A DNA stretch of 64,000 bases from Gaiellaceae bacterium. GTDB taxonomy: Bacteria; Actinomycetota; Thermoleophilia; Gaiellales; Gaiellaceae. The position numbers and the translations under genes were made by a program. Under the pieces are notes generated by a model. The model was not told the origin of the DNA and did not search any database. It was given only the letters and a program-made list of their open reading frames with translations. Location: contig JBJMJY010000002.1 of assembly GCA_045806105.1 (NCBI GenBank), positions 2,438 through 66,437 on the forward strand, read 5' to 3'. This document shows positions 18,927-27,233 of the stretch, one piece after another. How positions within the stretch are numbered: position 1 is the first letter of the stretch; each line of letters starts with the position of its first letter.

Positions 18927-18941
18927 GGGGGCCGATTCTCG

Positions 18942-19859
18942 ATGAAACGCAAGGCTTACGGTCGCGACGCGGGCCTGTCGGCGCGCATGCTGCTGACGAC
19001 CTCGCTGCTGGGGCTGCTCTATGTCCTGTTCGCGGTCGCGCTCTTCTACCTGCTGAACGCGGGCCTCGTGCTGATGGTCGTGATCGTCGGCGTGATCGCC
19101 TTCGTCCAGTACTTCACCTCGGACAAGCTGGCGCTGGCGGCCTCCGGCGCGAAGGTCGTGCCCCCCGAGGAGGCGCCGCAGCTGCACGAGATGATCGAGC
19201 GGCTCTGCGCGATGGCCGACCTGCCCAAGCCACGCGTGGCCGTGATCGAGAGCGACGTTCCGAACGCGTTCGCAACGGGGCGCAACAAGAAGCACGCCGC
19301 GGTCGCGGTCACGACCGGCCTCTGGAACCGACTCGAGCCACGCGAGGTGGAGGGCGTGCTGGCGCACGAGCTCTCCCACATCGCCAACCGTGACGTGCTC
19401 GTGATGACGGTGGCCGGCTTCTTCGCCATGGTCGCCGCGCTACTGACGCGCTTCGGGCTCTACAGCGGCATGTTCGGCGGCTTCGGCGGCAACCGCGACA
19501 ACAACAGCTCCGTGCCGGTCTGGCTGATCGTGCTGCTGGTCTCGATCATCACCTATTTCCTGAGCCAGATCCTGATCCTCGCGCTCTCCCGCTACCGCGA
19601 GTTCGCCGCCGACCGCGGCTCCGCGCTGATCACCGGCTCACCCGAGTACCTGATGAGCGCGCTGCAGAAGATCGCGAGCGGCATCGCGCAGATTCCGCAG
19701 CGCGACCTGCGCGAGGTCGAGGGCATGAATGCGTTCTTCATCGTCCCGACGAACTGGCGCAAGAGCGCCGGCCAGCTGTTCCTGACCCACCCGCCGCTCG
19801 AGAAGCGCCTGGCCGCGCTCGCGGAGATCTCCCGCGAGATGGGCCGCCCGGTCGAGTAA
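18942..19859 (+). CDS. htpX: zinc metalloprotease HtpX
   Basis: AAGGGGG SD, then ATG 18942. Two N-terminal TMs, PKPRVAVIESDVPNAFATGRN, HELSHIANRD (HExxH), later TMs and REFAADR. Confidence 0.9.
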   Translation: MKRKAYGRDAGLSARMLLTTSLLGLLYVLFAVALFYLLNAGLVLMVVIVGVIAFVQYFTSDKLALAASGAKVVPPEEAPQLHEMIERLCAMADLPKPRVAVIESDVPNAFATGRNKKHAAVAVTTGLWNRLEPREVEGVLAHELSHIANRDVLVMTVAGFFAMVAALLTRFGLYSGMFGGFGGNRDNNSSVPVWLIVLLVSIITYFLSQILILALSRYREFAADRGSALITGSPEYLMSALQKIASGIAQIPQRDLREVEGMNAFFIVPTNWRKSAGQLFLTHPPLEKRLAALAEISREMGRPVE

Positions 19860-19862
19860 CGG

Positions 19863-20441
19863 TTGGGCCTGCGCGACGTCCTCTTCGGGCGGAAGAAGCT
19901 CAAGGACGCCGCCGGCGAGCGGCTGTTCGCGATCTCGACGGCCCGCATAACGCTCGAGACGGAACTCGACCTGAAGTCGGCGGGCGCCGCGGGCGTCTGC
20001 TTCAAGCCGCTCTCCGCCGGTGAGTTCGTGCGCGCCGAGAACGAGCTGCAGCAGCTACTCGATGCGGTCGCAGTCGAGTCGGGCGCGAAGGTCGACCGGA
20101 AGTCGGACGAGTACGGCTTCGAGTGGCTCGTCGTGCGCGACCAGGACTTCGAGGATCTCGTGACGACCGTCCACCTCGTCGCGTCGGAGCTCGAGACGCG
20201 CGGGTTCGGGCCGCAGCTGCTGGCGGCGGTGTTTCCGTTCGAGCAGCGCGGCTTCAACGGCGGGCGCGTCTACTGGATCTACGGCTTCAAGCGCGGCGCG
20301 TTCTGGCCGTTCGTCCCGAAGGGCGACGGCAAGGAGCGCGACAATGCGGAGGAGCTGGAGCTGAAGTCGAAGCTGGAGCGGGAGCTGCCGATCGAGCCGG
20401 ATCTGTCGATGTGGTTCGGGGTGTTCGACGCGCCGCTCTGA
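19863..20441 (+). CDS. PspA-associated protein PspAB-like
   Basis: 192 aa directly after htpX (3-nt gap). MGLRDVLFGRKKL...FEWLVVRDQDFEDLVTTVHLV...YWIYGFKRGAFWPFVP. The assignment rests on my recollection of the actinobacterial HtpX-PspAB pairing. Confidence 0.6.
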   Translation: MGLRDVLFGRKKLKDAAGERLFAISTARITLETELDLKSAGAAGVCFKPLSAGEFVRAENELQQLLDAVAVESGAKVDRKSDEYGFEWLVVRDQDFEDLVTTVHLVASELETRGFGPQLLAAVFPFEQRGFNGGRVYWIYGFKRGAFWPFVPKGDGKERDNAEELELKSKLERELPIEPDLSMWFGVFDAPL

Positions 20442-20449
20442 GCGGCGGC

Positions 20450-20469
20450 GCCGAATTCACGCATTCGGC
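20450..20469 (+). terminator. hairpin after pspAB
   Basis: gccgaat-tcacgc-attcggc, 9 nt after the stop codon; no U-tract. Confidence 0.35.
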
Positions 20470-20538
20470 ACGATCTCGTCACAGACACGTGCGCGGTTCG
20501 GCGGTACGCTCGCAGCGGGCGGCGGGTGGACCTCTCAT

Positions 20539-20556
20539 CCCCACCCAAGGGTGGGG
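20539..20556. terminator. hairpin in convergent intergenic region
   Basis: ccccaccc-aa-gggtgggg palindrome between two convergent operons. A second palindrome, gcgcggccggccgcgc, lies at 20608-20623 just past the pspAA stop. Confidence 0.35.
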
Positions 20557-20624
20557 GCCGCGCGTGAACCTCTAGGCGGGATGCCGCGAGAGCCGGCGGT
20601 TCGGGCTGCGCGGCCGGCCGCGCG

Positions 20625-20915
20625 TTACGCGCTCGGGAGGTCCGGGATCAGGCCCTCGCCCTCGAGCAGCTCGCGCGCCTCGTCCAGCGACAGGTCGTCG
20701 GGCGGCACGATCGCCTCCGACGGCGAGAGGTCGTCGTCCGGTAGCCGCGCGCCGTTCATCCGCACTGCGTCGGCCATGCGGCGCAGCAGGCCCGAGAGCC
20801 GCTCTTCGTCGCCCGCCTCCAGCGCCTCCGCGGCCTGCTGGTCGAGCTCGTTGAGGCCCTTCGCGACCTCGTCGTCGACGTCGTACTGGCCCTCGCCCAT
20901 CAACCGAACGATCAC
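20625..20915 (-). CDS. PspA-associated protein PspAA-like
   Basis: 96 aa, acidic. MIVRLMGEGQYDVDDEVAKGLNELD...; the start overlaps the pspA stop by 4 nt. Confidence 0.65.
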   Translation of the reverse strand: MIVRLMGEGQYDVDDEVAKGLNELDQQAAEALEAGDEERLSGLLRRMADAVRMNGARLPDDDLSPSEAIVPPDDLSLDEARELLEGEGLIPDLPSA

Positions 20916-21640
20916 GGCTGCAGCTCCTTCTTCTCCTCGCCCTTCCCGAGCTCCGACCTCATCTGCTCGAGCTCGCGGTCGACCTGCGACTGCGACGCGA
21001 TCGCGCCCAGCTCGCGGTCGAGCTGGGTCTGGTCGGAGGTGAAGTCCTCGAGCGCGCCGGACTCCGTCAGTTCGTCGATCGCCGACGCCCGCGCCTGCAT
21101 CTGTTCTGTCTTGTCCTTCGCGCGCTGGATCGCGAGCCCGGTGTCGGCCATCTGCTCGCCGATCCCGGTCGCAGCCTCGCCGATCCGCACCTGCGCCTCG
21201 GCGGCGGAGTACTGCGCCTTGATCGTCTCCTTCTGGGTCCGGAAGGCCTCGACCTTGGCGGACAGCGCCTTCTCGCTCCCGACGAGCTTCTCCTGCTGCT
21301 GCTGCAGCTGCTGCGTCTGCTGGTCGAGCCCCTGCAGCTGCTGCTGCAGCCCCGACTTCCGCTCCAGCGCCTGGCGGGCGAGATCCTCACGGCCGGCGGC
21401 GAGCGCCTCGCGGGCCTGCGCATCGAGCTTGACCACGCTCTGCTGCAGCTGCTGCTCCTGGAGCTCGAGCCGCTTCTTCGCCGTGACGACGTCGGCGATG
21501 CCGCGCTTCACGTTCTGCAGCAGCTCGAGCTGCTTCTCGTACGAGTAGTCCAGGGTCTCCGCGGGATCCTCGGCGCGGTCGAGCAGCTTCGAGAATTTCG
21601 CCTTCACGACGAGCGACGCGCGTGACATGAGGCCGGCCAT
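20912..21640 (-). CDS. pspA: PspA/IM30 family protein
   Basis: AAGGAGGA SD. MAGLMSRASLVVKAKFSKLLDRAEDPAETLDYSYEKQLELLQNVKRGIADV..., with long Q/E/L coiled coil throughout. Confidence 0.9.
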   Translation of the reverse strand: MAGLMSRASLVVKAKFSKLLDRAEDPAETLDYSYEKQLELLQNVKRGIADVVTAKKRLELQEQQLQQSVVKLDAQAREALAAGREDLARQALERKSGLQQQLQGLDQQTQQLQQQQEKLVGSEKALSAKVEAFRTQKETIKAQYSAAEAQVRIGEAATGIGEQMADTGLAIQRAKDKTEQMQARASAIDELTESGALEDFTSDQTQLDRELGAIASQSQVDRELEQMRSELGKGEEKKELQP

Positions 21641-21664
21641 TCGTCCTCCTTGGGAGCGGGGGAT

Positions 21665-22198
21665 CTAGCGTAGCGGGGGAGCGACGAAGAGGCCCCGTGT
21701 GGCGGGGGCCGAGATCTTGCGCTCGCGCGGCGTGAGCGCGTCGCCGGCGATGCGCCTCCGAGCGGCCACGAGCGCGGAGACCCGCTCGGCCAACGCCGCC
21801 GAGATGCGCGGCGAGCACTGCAGCTGTCCGTCCGCGGCCGCGGTCACGACCGCGCCCACTTCCGCGAGAGGCTGGTCTACGGTCGCGTAGCCTGCGATCC
21901 CGGCCTCGACCAGGTCGACTACGCGGGCCTCGTCCTCCGCCACGCCCGTGACCACGATCTTGGCGCCGGGGGCGGCCGCGGCGCGCGAACGCACCGTCCC
22001 CGGGCCTGCGATCGATGCGCCGTCGAGCAGGATGACGTCGGCGCCGCTCATGCCGACGGCCATGCACGCGACGTCGCCGTGCGCGCTGCCGGCGAGCTCG
22101 ATTCCTTCCTCCTCGGCGAGTGCCGCTGCGAGTAGGTCGCGGTGAACGGTACAGGTGTCAAGCCGCGATACTGCGCCGGTGATCGTCGAGCGGAGCAT
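21665..22198 (-). pseudogene. NarL/LuxR-type response-regulator-like remnant (receiver-like core, HTH truncated)
   Basis: High-GC3 frame reading HRDLLAAALAEEEGIELAGSAHGD...GADVILLDG...GAKIVVTGVAEDEARVVDLVEAGIAGYATVDQPLAEVGAVVTAAADGQLQCSPRISAALAERV...LTPRERKISAPATRGLFVAPPLR-stop. The LTPRER that normally opens the LuxR HTH is followed by 17 unrelated codons and then the pspA SD. There is no good N-terminal beta1/acidic pocket, and the start is unclear. Confidence 0.4.
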
Positions 22199-22847
22199 GG
22201 ACCCCGGCTGGCTCTCGAACGCGTACCTGATCGCGGACGCGCCCGGCGGCACGGCTGTCTTCGTCGATTCGGGCGCGCCCCTCCGACCGCTGTTCGACGC
22301 CGTCTCGAACCACGGTGTGAGGGTCACGCACCTGCTGACGACGCACGCCGACCCCGACCACGTTGCAGGCGACGACGCGATCCGCGGGCGTTACGGCTGC
22401 CCGGTCGTGAAGCGCGACCTCGAGACCGGCGGCCTCTCGATCCGCGCGCTGCCGACGCCCGGGCACAAGGACGACCACCTCGCCTTCGTCGTCAACGGCG
22501 AGCTTTGCTGCAGCGGCGACGTGCTCTTCAAAGACGCGGTCGGCGGCGGCGACTTCGAGCAGATCCGGCGCTCGGTGATGGACGTGCTGATGACGCTGCC
22601 GCCCGAGACGCGCGTGCTACCCGGCCATACCGACGAGACCACCATCCGCCGCGAGTGGGAGGAGAACCCGTTCGTCCGGGTCTGGCGCGGCGCGGAGGCC
22701 GAGGGCACGGAGGCGGTCCGCGTCGGCGGGGATGAGGCGACGCTCGTCGTCTGGTCGCCCGACTACGACGGCAAGGGCAAGGCGTGGGTCCGCTTCCGCG
22801 ACGGCCGCGACGCGATCGTCGGTGGGTCGCGCGTAGAGCGGCGGTAA
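22197..22847 (+). CDS. MBL-fold metallo-hydrolase (glyoxalase II-like) with variant metal motif
   Basis: MDPGWLSNAYLIADAPGGTAVFVDSGA...HLLTTHADPDHVAG...LPTPGHKDDHLAF...GDVLFKDAVGG...LPGHTDETT. Start ATG 22197 (or GTG 22155/22179). Confidence 0.8.
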   Translation: MDPGWLSNAYLIADAPGGTAVFVDSGAPLRPLFDAVSNHGVRVTHLLTTHADPDHVAGDDAIRGRYGCPVVKRDLETGGLSIRALPTPGHKDDHLAFVVNGELCCSGDVLFKDAVGGGDFEQIRRSVMDVLMTLPPETRVLPGHTDETTIRREWEENPFVRVWRGAEAEGTEAVRVGGDEATLVVWSPDYDGKGKAWVRFRDGRDAIVGGSRVERR

Positions 22848-22856
22848 GCTCGCGCC

Positions 22857-23135
22857 GTGGCGATCGTCCTACACCGGTGCAAGAACATGTGGGTCAAGCT
22901 GCCCGGCCACCCGTGCTGGCGTGTGCAGAATGCGCTCGACGAGGCGGGCGTCGAGTACGAGGTCGACAAGCTGCCGTGGCCCGGCAACCGCGACGAGACC
23001 GAGAAGCGCACCGGGCAGAAGAAATACCCCTGGCTCGAGTTCGAGGACGGCTCGGTCTACCGCGAGGAGTCGACGGACATGGCGCAGCGAATCCGCGACG
23101 GCAAGCTCGCCGAGGCGCCCCGGCTCCAGCGGTGA
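22857..23135 (+). CDS. small thioredoxin-fold protein (glutaredoxin / GST-N-like)
   Basis: 92 aa. VLHRCKNMWVKLPGHPCWRVQNALDEAGVEYEVDKL...KYPWLEFEDGSVYREES matches a beta-alpha-beta...beta-beta-alpha layout with a single Cys in the active-site position. Confidence 0.55.
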   Translation: MAIVLHRCKNMWVKLPGHPCWRVQNALDEAGVEYEVDKLPWPGNRDETEKRTGQKKYPWLEFEDGSVYREESTDMAQRIRDGKLAEAPRLQR

Positions 23136-23767
23136 TCGTCCCGGACGAGATCGACGCCTACGCGGGGGCGCACACGACACCGCCCGAGCCGCTGCTGGCG
23201 GAGCTCGCCGAGGAGACGAGGGCGACGCTTGCCTCTCCGCAGATGCTCACGGGCACCGTCGAGGGCCGCTTCCTCGAGCAGCTCGTCTTCGCGCTGCAGG
23301 CGAGGCGCGTGCTGGAGCTCGGCACCTACAGCGGCTACTCGTCGCTCTCGATGGCGGCGGGCCTGCCGGAGGGCGGCCACATCGACACGTGCGAGGTCGA
23401 GCCCGAGCACGCGGAGGTCGCGCAGCGCTACATCGACCGCAGCCCGCACCGCGAACGGATCACGATCCACGTCGGCCCCGCGCTGGAGACGATCGAGCGG
23501 CTCGGCGGCGAGTGGGACTTTGTCTTCATCGACGCCGACAAGGTCAACTACGCGAACTACTACGAAGCGCTGCTGCCGCGCCTCTCGCCGAGCGGGTTGA
23601 TGGCGCTCGACAACACCCTCTGGAGCGGACGCGTGCTGGACGGTTCCGACGACACCGAGTCGACGCGCGCGATCAGGGAGATCAACGACCGCATCGCCGC
23701 CGACGACCGCGTGGTCGCGGTCCAGCTCAGCGTGCGCGACGGCGTGACGCTCGTGCGCCGCCGCTAG
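23132..23767 (+). CDS. class I SAM-dependent O-methyltransferase (caffeoyl-CoA OMT-like)
   Basis: LASPQMLTGTVEGRFLEQLV...RVLELGTYSGYSSLSMA...FDFVFIDADKVNYANYYE...LSPSGLMALDNTLWSGRV. GTG overlaps the upstream stop (GTGA). Confidence 0.9.
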   Translation: MIVPDEIDAYAGAHTTPPEPLLAELAEETRATLASPQMLTGTVEGRFLEQLVFALQARRVLELGTYSGYSSLSMAAGLPEGGHIDTCEVEPEHAEVAQRYIDRSPHRERITIHVGPALETIERLGGEWDFVFIDADKVNYANYYEALLPRLSPSGLMALDNTLWSGRVLDGSDDTESTRAIREINDRIAADDRVVAVQLSVRDGVTLVRRR

Positions 23768-23840
23768 TCGGCGCAGCGTTCTCTGTTCCCGCGCGCGCGA
23801 GGCGAGCCGCGATGCGGCCCCGGCTACACTGTGCGCGCCC

Positions 23841-23913
<73 letters not shown>

Positions 23914-23918
23914 TCATC

Positions 23919-23944
23919 AGAAGGCCCTGGTAACAGGGCCTTCT
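23919..23944 (+). terminator. perfect hairpin after tRNA-Ala
   Basis: agaaggccctg-gtaa-cagggccttct, an 11-bp stem starting 6 nt after the tRNA. Confidence 0.6.
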
Positions 23945-23970
23945 CACGTAGTGAGCCTTTTCACGTAGTG
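23944..23970 (+). repeat. short direct repeat TCACGTAGTG x2
   Basis: tcacgtagtg at 23944-23953 and 23961-23970 (13 of 14 identical if flanks are included), immediately after the tRNA-Ala terminator. Confidence 0.5.
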
Positions 23971-23973
23971 CAC

Positions 23974-24126
23974 GTGGTCGCCGGGACGCAGACCTGGGTC
24001 CCGGCAGCCGACGGCCTGCCGCAGGCCGCGGCCTCCGGGCTCACGCTGGTGAACGACAAGAACGGCGACCGCCTGCTCTACGCCGCGACGCACGGTCGTG
24101 GCGCCTGGCGGCTGCGCCTCAGGTAG
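23974..24126 (+). pseudogene. orphan 3' fragment resembling the C-terminus of a BNR/Ycf48-like beta-propeller protein
   Basis: Frame reads VVAGTQTWVPAADGLPQAAASGLTLVNDKNGDRLLYAATHGRGAWRLRLR-stop. The ...LYAATHGRGAWR ending is characteristic of the last blade of such propellers. There is no matching upstream coding sequence. Confidence 0.4.
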
Positions 24127-24179
24127 GACGCACCTCCGAACGGCTCGAGCGGCCCTGGAGATGGGGCCCTTCGTCTGCC

Positions 24180-24647
24180 ATGTGGCACGGTGTCGTCGTG
24201 GTGATCCGGGTCGGAACCGAGCGCGACTTCGCACGGCTGCGCGAGATCGCCGTCGACGCGAAGGCGCACTGGGGGTATGACAGGGAGCGCGTCGAGGATT
24301 GGGGGAGGCGCGGCGACTTCGAGCCGGAGAGCCTCCAGGCGCTGGAGGTCTACGTCGCCGAGGCCGACGGCAAGCCCATCGGCTGGGCATCGCTGATCCC
24401 GCGTGGCGAGGTCGGCTGGCTCGAGGACCTCTGGGTCGACCCGCCTTGGATCGGCCGCGGTGTCGGGCGGCTCCTGTTCGAGCACGTGGCCGACCGCGCG
24501 CGCGAGCTCGGAGCGCGGCGGCTCGAGTGGGAGGCCGAGCCGAACGCGCAGGGCTTCTACGAGCGCATGGGGGCGAGCTACGTGCGCGAAAGCGAGGTCA
24601 CCGAGTGGGGGCGGGTGCTGGACGTGCTCGGCGTGGAGCTCGAGTGA
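24180..24647 (+). CDS. GNAT family N-acetyltransferase
   Basis: VYVAEADGKPIGWASL...LEDLWVDPPWIGRGVGRLLFEHVADRARELGARRLEWEAEPNAQGFYERMG. Confidence 0.85.
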   Translation: MWHGVVVVIRVGTERDFARLREIAVDAKAHWGYDRERVEDWGRRGDFEPESLQALEVYVAEADGKPIGWASLIPRGEVGWLEDLWVDPPWIGRGVGRLLFEHVADRARELGARRLEWEAEPNAQGFYERMGASYVRESEVTEWGRVLDVLGVELE

Positions 24648-25699
24648 CGCGCCTCGCGGCTGCCGCGGTGTGCGCGGCTCTGGCGGCAGGTGTGGCTGCA
24701 AGCGCGCCGGCGCGCGACTCGGCGGCGCCGACGCTCGCGCAGCTGGTCGGGCAGAAGCTCGTCGTCTCGATGAACGGCACGGCTCCGTCGCCCTCGCTCC
24801 TGCGGCGCGTGCGACGCGGCGACGTCGGAGGGGTGATCGTCCACCGCTTCAACTTCGGCTCGAGCGCGGAGCTGCGGCGGATCACCCGGGCGCTGCAGCT
24901 CGCCGCCGTGTCCGGCGGCCGGCCGAAGCTGCTGATCGCCGTCGACCAGGAGGGCGGCGACGTCAAGACGGTGCCATGGGCGCCGCCGTCGCTCCCACCC
25001 GCGCGGATGGGTGAACGGGCGCGTGAGCAGGGCCGCCGCACCGGGACGAGCCTGCGCGCGCTGGGGATCAACGTCGACCTCGCGCCGGTCGCCGACGTCC
25101 CGGCCTCGCGCGCCTCCGCCGTCTACCGCCAAGGGCGGACGTGGTCGTTCGACCCGCTCGAGACGGCGCAAGAAACGGGCGCGTTCGCGGCGGGGCTGCA
25201 CGACGGTCATGCCGTGGCCACGGTGAAGCATTTCCCGGGCCTCGGTCTCGCCCTGCGCAACACCGACCGTGCACTCGTGCGGATCAAGGCTCCGCGCAGC
25301 CGCTTCGCGCCCGGGCTCGTGCCGTTTCGCGGCGCGATCCGCGCCGACGTGCCAGTCGTGATGCTCTCGAACGCGATCTATGACGCGTACGACCCGGTGA
25401 ACGCGGCCGGCTGGTCGCGCGCGATCGCAACGACGCTGCTGCGCCGGGAACTCGGCTTCACCGGTGCGTCGATGACGGACTCGCTGGACGGCGCCGCTCG
25501 GGTGCGCGGGATTCCGCCGAACGGGCTGGCCATCGGCGCGGCCAACGCCGGCACCGACCTGATCCTGCTGACGGGCTCCGAAGCGGCGACGCGCGACGTC
25601 TACACAACACTCCTACGCGCGGCGCAGAGCGACCGTGTCGGCCGCGCCACGCTCGAGTCGTCCTACCGCCGGATCCTCCGCCTGAAGGCCCGGTTGTAG
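24644..25699 (+). CDS. secreted glycoside hydrolase family 3 N-terminal-domain protein (NagZ-like beta-N-acetylhexosaminidase)
   Basis: GTGA overlap start. Signal-like VTRLAAAAVCAALAAGVAASAPA, LLIAVDQEGGDVKT, LGINVDLAPVADV, VKHFPGLG, GFTGASMTDSL. Confidence 0.85.
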   Translation: MTRLAAAAVCAALAAGVAASAPARDSAAPTLAQLVGQKLVVSMNGTAPSPSLLRRVRRGDVGGVIVHRFNFGSSAELRRITRALQLAAVSGGRPKLLIAVDQEGGDVKTVPWAPPSLPPARMGERAREQGRRTGTSLRALGINVDLAPVADVPASRASAVYRQGRTWSFDPLETAQETGAFAAGLHDGHAVATVKHFPGLGLALRNTDRALVRIKAPRSRFAPGLVPFRGAIRADVPVVMLSNAIYDAYDPVNAAGWSRAIATTLLRRELGFTGASMTDSLDGAARVRGIPPNGLAIGAANAGTDLILLTGSEAATRDVYTTLLRAAQSDRVGRATLESSYRRILRLKARL

Positions 25700-25711
25700 G
25701 GTCGTCCCACC

Positions 25712-26647
25712 GTGCCCGCCACCGGCATCCTCGACGCGATCGGCGCCACGCCGCTGGTACGGCTGCGGCGGATCCCGCCGGAAGGCGCCGAGATCTGGGT
25801 GAAGCTCGAGTACCGCAACCCGACGGGCTCGATGAAGGACCGGATGGCGCTCGCGATGATCGAGGGAGCGGAGCGCGACGGCCTGCTCGAGCCGGGGACG
25901 ACCGTCGTCGAGTACACCGGCGGCAGCACCGGTCCCGCGCTTGCGTTCGTCTGCCGGGCAAAGGGTTACGGGGCGAAAATCGTCATCTCGGAGTGCTTCA
26001 GTAAGGAGCGCATCAGCCTCACACGGGCGCTGGGCGCCGAGCTGGAGCTGCTGCCCGCGGTCGAGGAGCGCGGCCGCGTGACGGCTCAGGACATCGCGAA
26101 CATGATCGAGCGCGCCGCCGAGCTCGCGCGGGAGCCCGGCACGTACGCGACCGACCAGTTCAACAACCCGTACTCGATCCCAGGCCACCGTGCGCGGCTG
26201 GGCCGCGAGATCTGGGAGCAGACCGACGGCAGCGTCGCGGCGTTCGTCCAGGGGATCGGCACCGCCAGCGCCCTCATCGGCGTCGGCCGGGCGCTGAAGG
26301 AGCGAAACGACGAGGTGCACGTGGTAGGGCTCGAACCGGCGGGATCGGCCGCGATCTCCGGCGGTCCGAGCGGCTCCTTTGCGATGCAGGGCTGGTCGGG
26401 CATGGTGCCGCCGCTCTGGGACGACGAGCAGGTGGACGAGGTCTGGCCGGTCGAAGACGGCGAGGCGCTGGCGATGGTCGTGCGCCTGGCGCAGGAGGAG
26501 GGGATCTTCGCGGGCACCTCGAGCGGGGCGAACGTGGTCGGCGCTCTTCGGGTGGCTGCGTCGCTTCCGCCCGGCTCCGTCGTCGTCACGCTGGCCGTCG
26601 ACAGCGGCTTTAAGTACATGACCGGACCGCCGTACGGAACGCTCTAG
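25712..26647 (+). CDS. PLP-dependent cysteine synthase family protein (CysK/CysM-like)
   Basis: ILDAIGATPLVRLRRI...KLEYRNPTGSMKDRMALAMI...EYTGGSTGPALA...GIGTASALIGV...GTSSGANV. Confidence 0.9.
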   Translation: MPATGILDAIGATPLVRLRRIPPEGAEIWVKLEYRNPTGSMKDRMALAMIEGAERDGLLEPGTTVVEYTGGSTGPALAFVCRAKGYGAKIVISECFSKERISLTRALGAELELLPAVEERGRVTAQDIANMIERAAELAREPGTYATDQFNNPYSIPGHRARLGREIWEQTDGSVAAFVQGIGTASALIGVGRALKERNDEVHVVGLEPAGSAAISGGPSGSFAMQGWSGMVPPLWDDEQVDEVWPVEDGEALAMVVRLAQEEGIFAGTSSGANVVGALRVAASLPPGSVVVTLAVDSGFKYMTGPPYGTL

Positions 26648-26790
26648 CGCAATTCGCTCGCCGCTTTAGCGCCCGCCGCGGATCCCGCGGCACGCGCTCT
26701 CGCTCTTCGCGGTCGGCCGGCGGCTCTACGCCGTCGGCGGCTGCGTCACGCCGCAGCTCGTCGACAGCCAGGCCGTCGAGACGCGGCCGC

Positions 26791-27231
26791 TCACTGCCGC
26801 CACAGCGTCGAGGGGTAATACTCGTACGTGACGCGGTCGAGGAGCTCGATCCGGACCCCGGCCCGCAGCATCCGCTCGCCGCGGAACCAGTCGCCGGCAA
26901 CGCCGAGGGCCGATGCGACGTGGTCGCGCTCGAAGAAGCGCAGGTGCGCGTGGACGAGCGCGCCCTTGAGCGGCAGGCGGTCGGGCAGCACGGCGATCTC
27001 GTCGCGGGTCGTCCCGTCCGGATGCTGCTCCCGTAGCACGCCCTGGACGGCCTCGGCGCGACGCTCCCGCGCCGCCTCGAGCAGCAGCGCGACCGCGTCG
27101 GCCGGCAGCGAGTCGTCGTCGTCGAAGTCGAACAGCCAGCGACCGCTCGCGAGCCGGTACCCCTCGTTGCGGGTGAGCGTCGAGCCTGCGAGCCAGTGGC
27201 GCTGCGCGTTGGCGTAGACGTAGCGCTGCGG
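26791..27231 (-). pseudogene. GT2-like glycosyltransferase fragment lacking its N-terminus and any start codon
   Basis: Hand translation of the frame of ORF 26791..27039, extended upstream, gives LPQRYVYANAQRHWLAGSTLTRNEGYRLASGRWLFDFDDDDSLPADAVALLLEAARERRAEAVQGVLREQHPDG... This resembles the N-x-G...RN-x-G...DxDD core of GT2. No ATG/GTG/TTG lies upstream of 27039 in this frame. Confidence 0.45.
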
Positions 27232-27233
27232 GA

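Noticed and set aside
21290-21350. CAG/CTG-rich low-complexity DNA that looks like a tandem repeat
   Set aside because: It is the in-frame Gln/Leu coiled-coil region of pspA (QQLQGLDQQTQQLQQQQEKL), not a repeat element.
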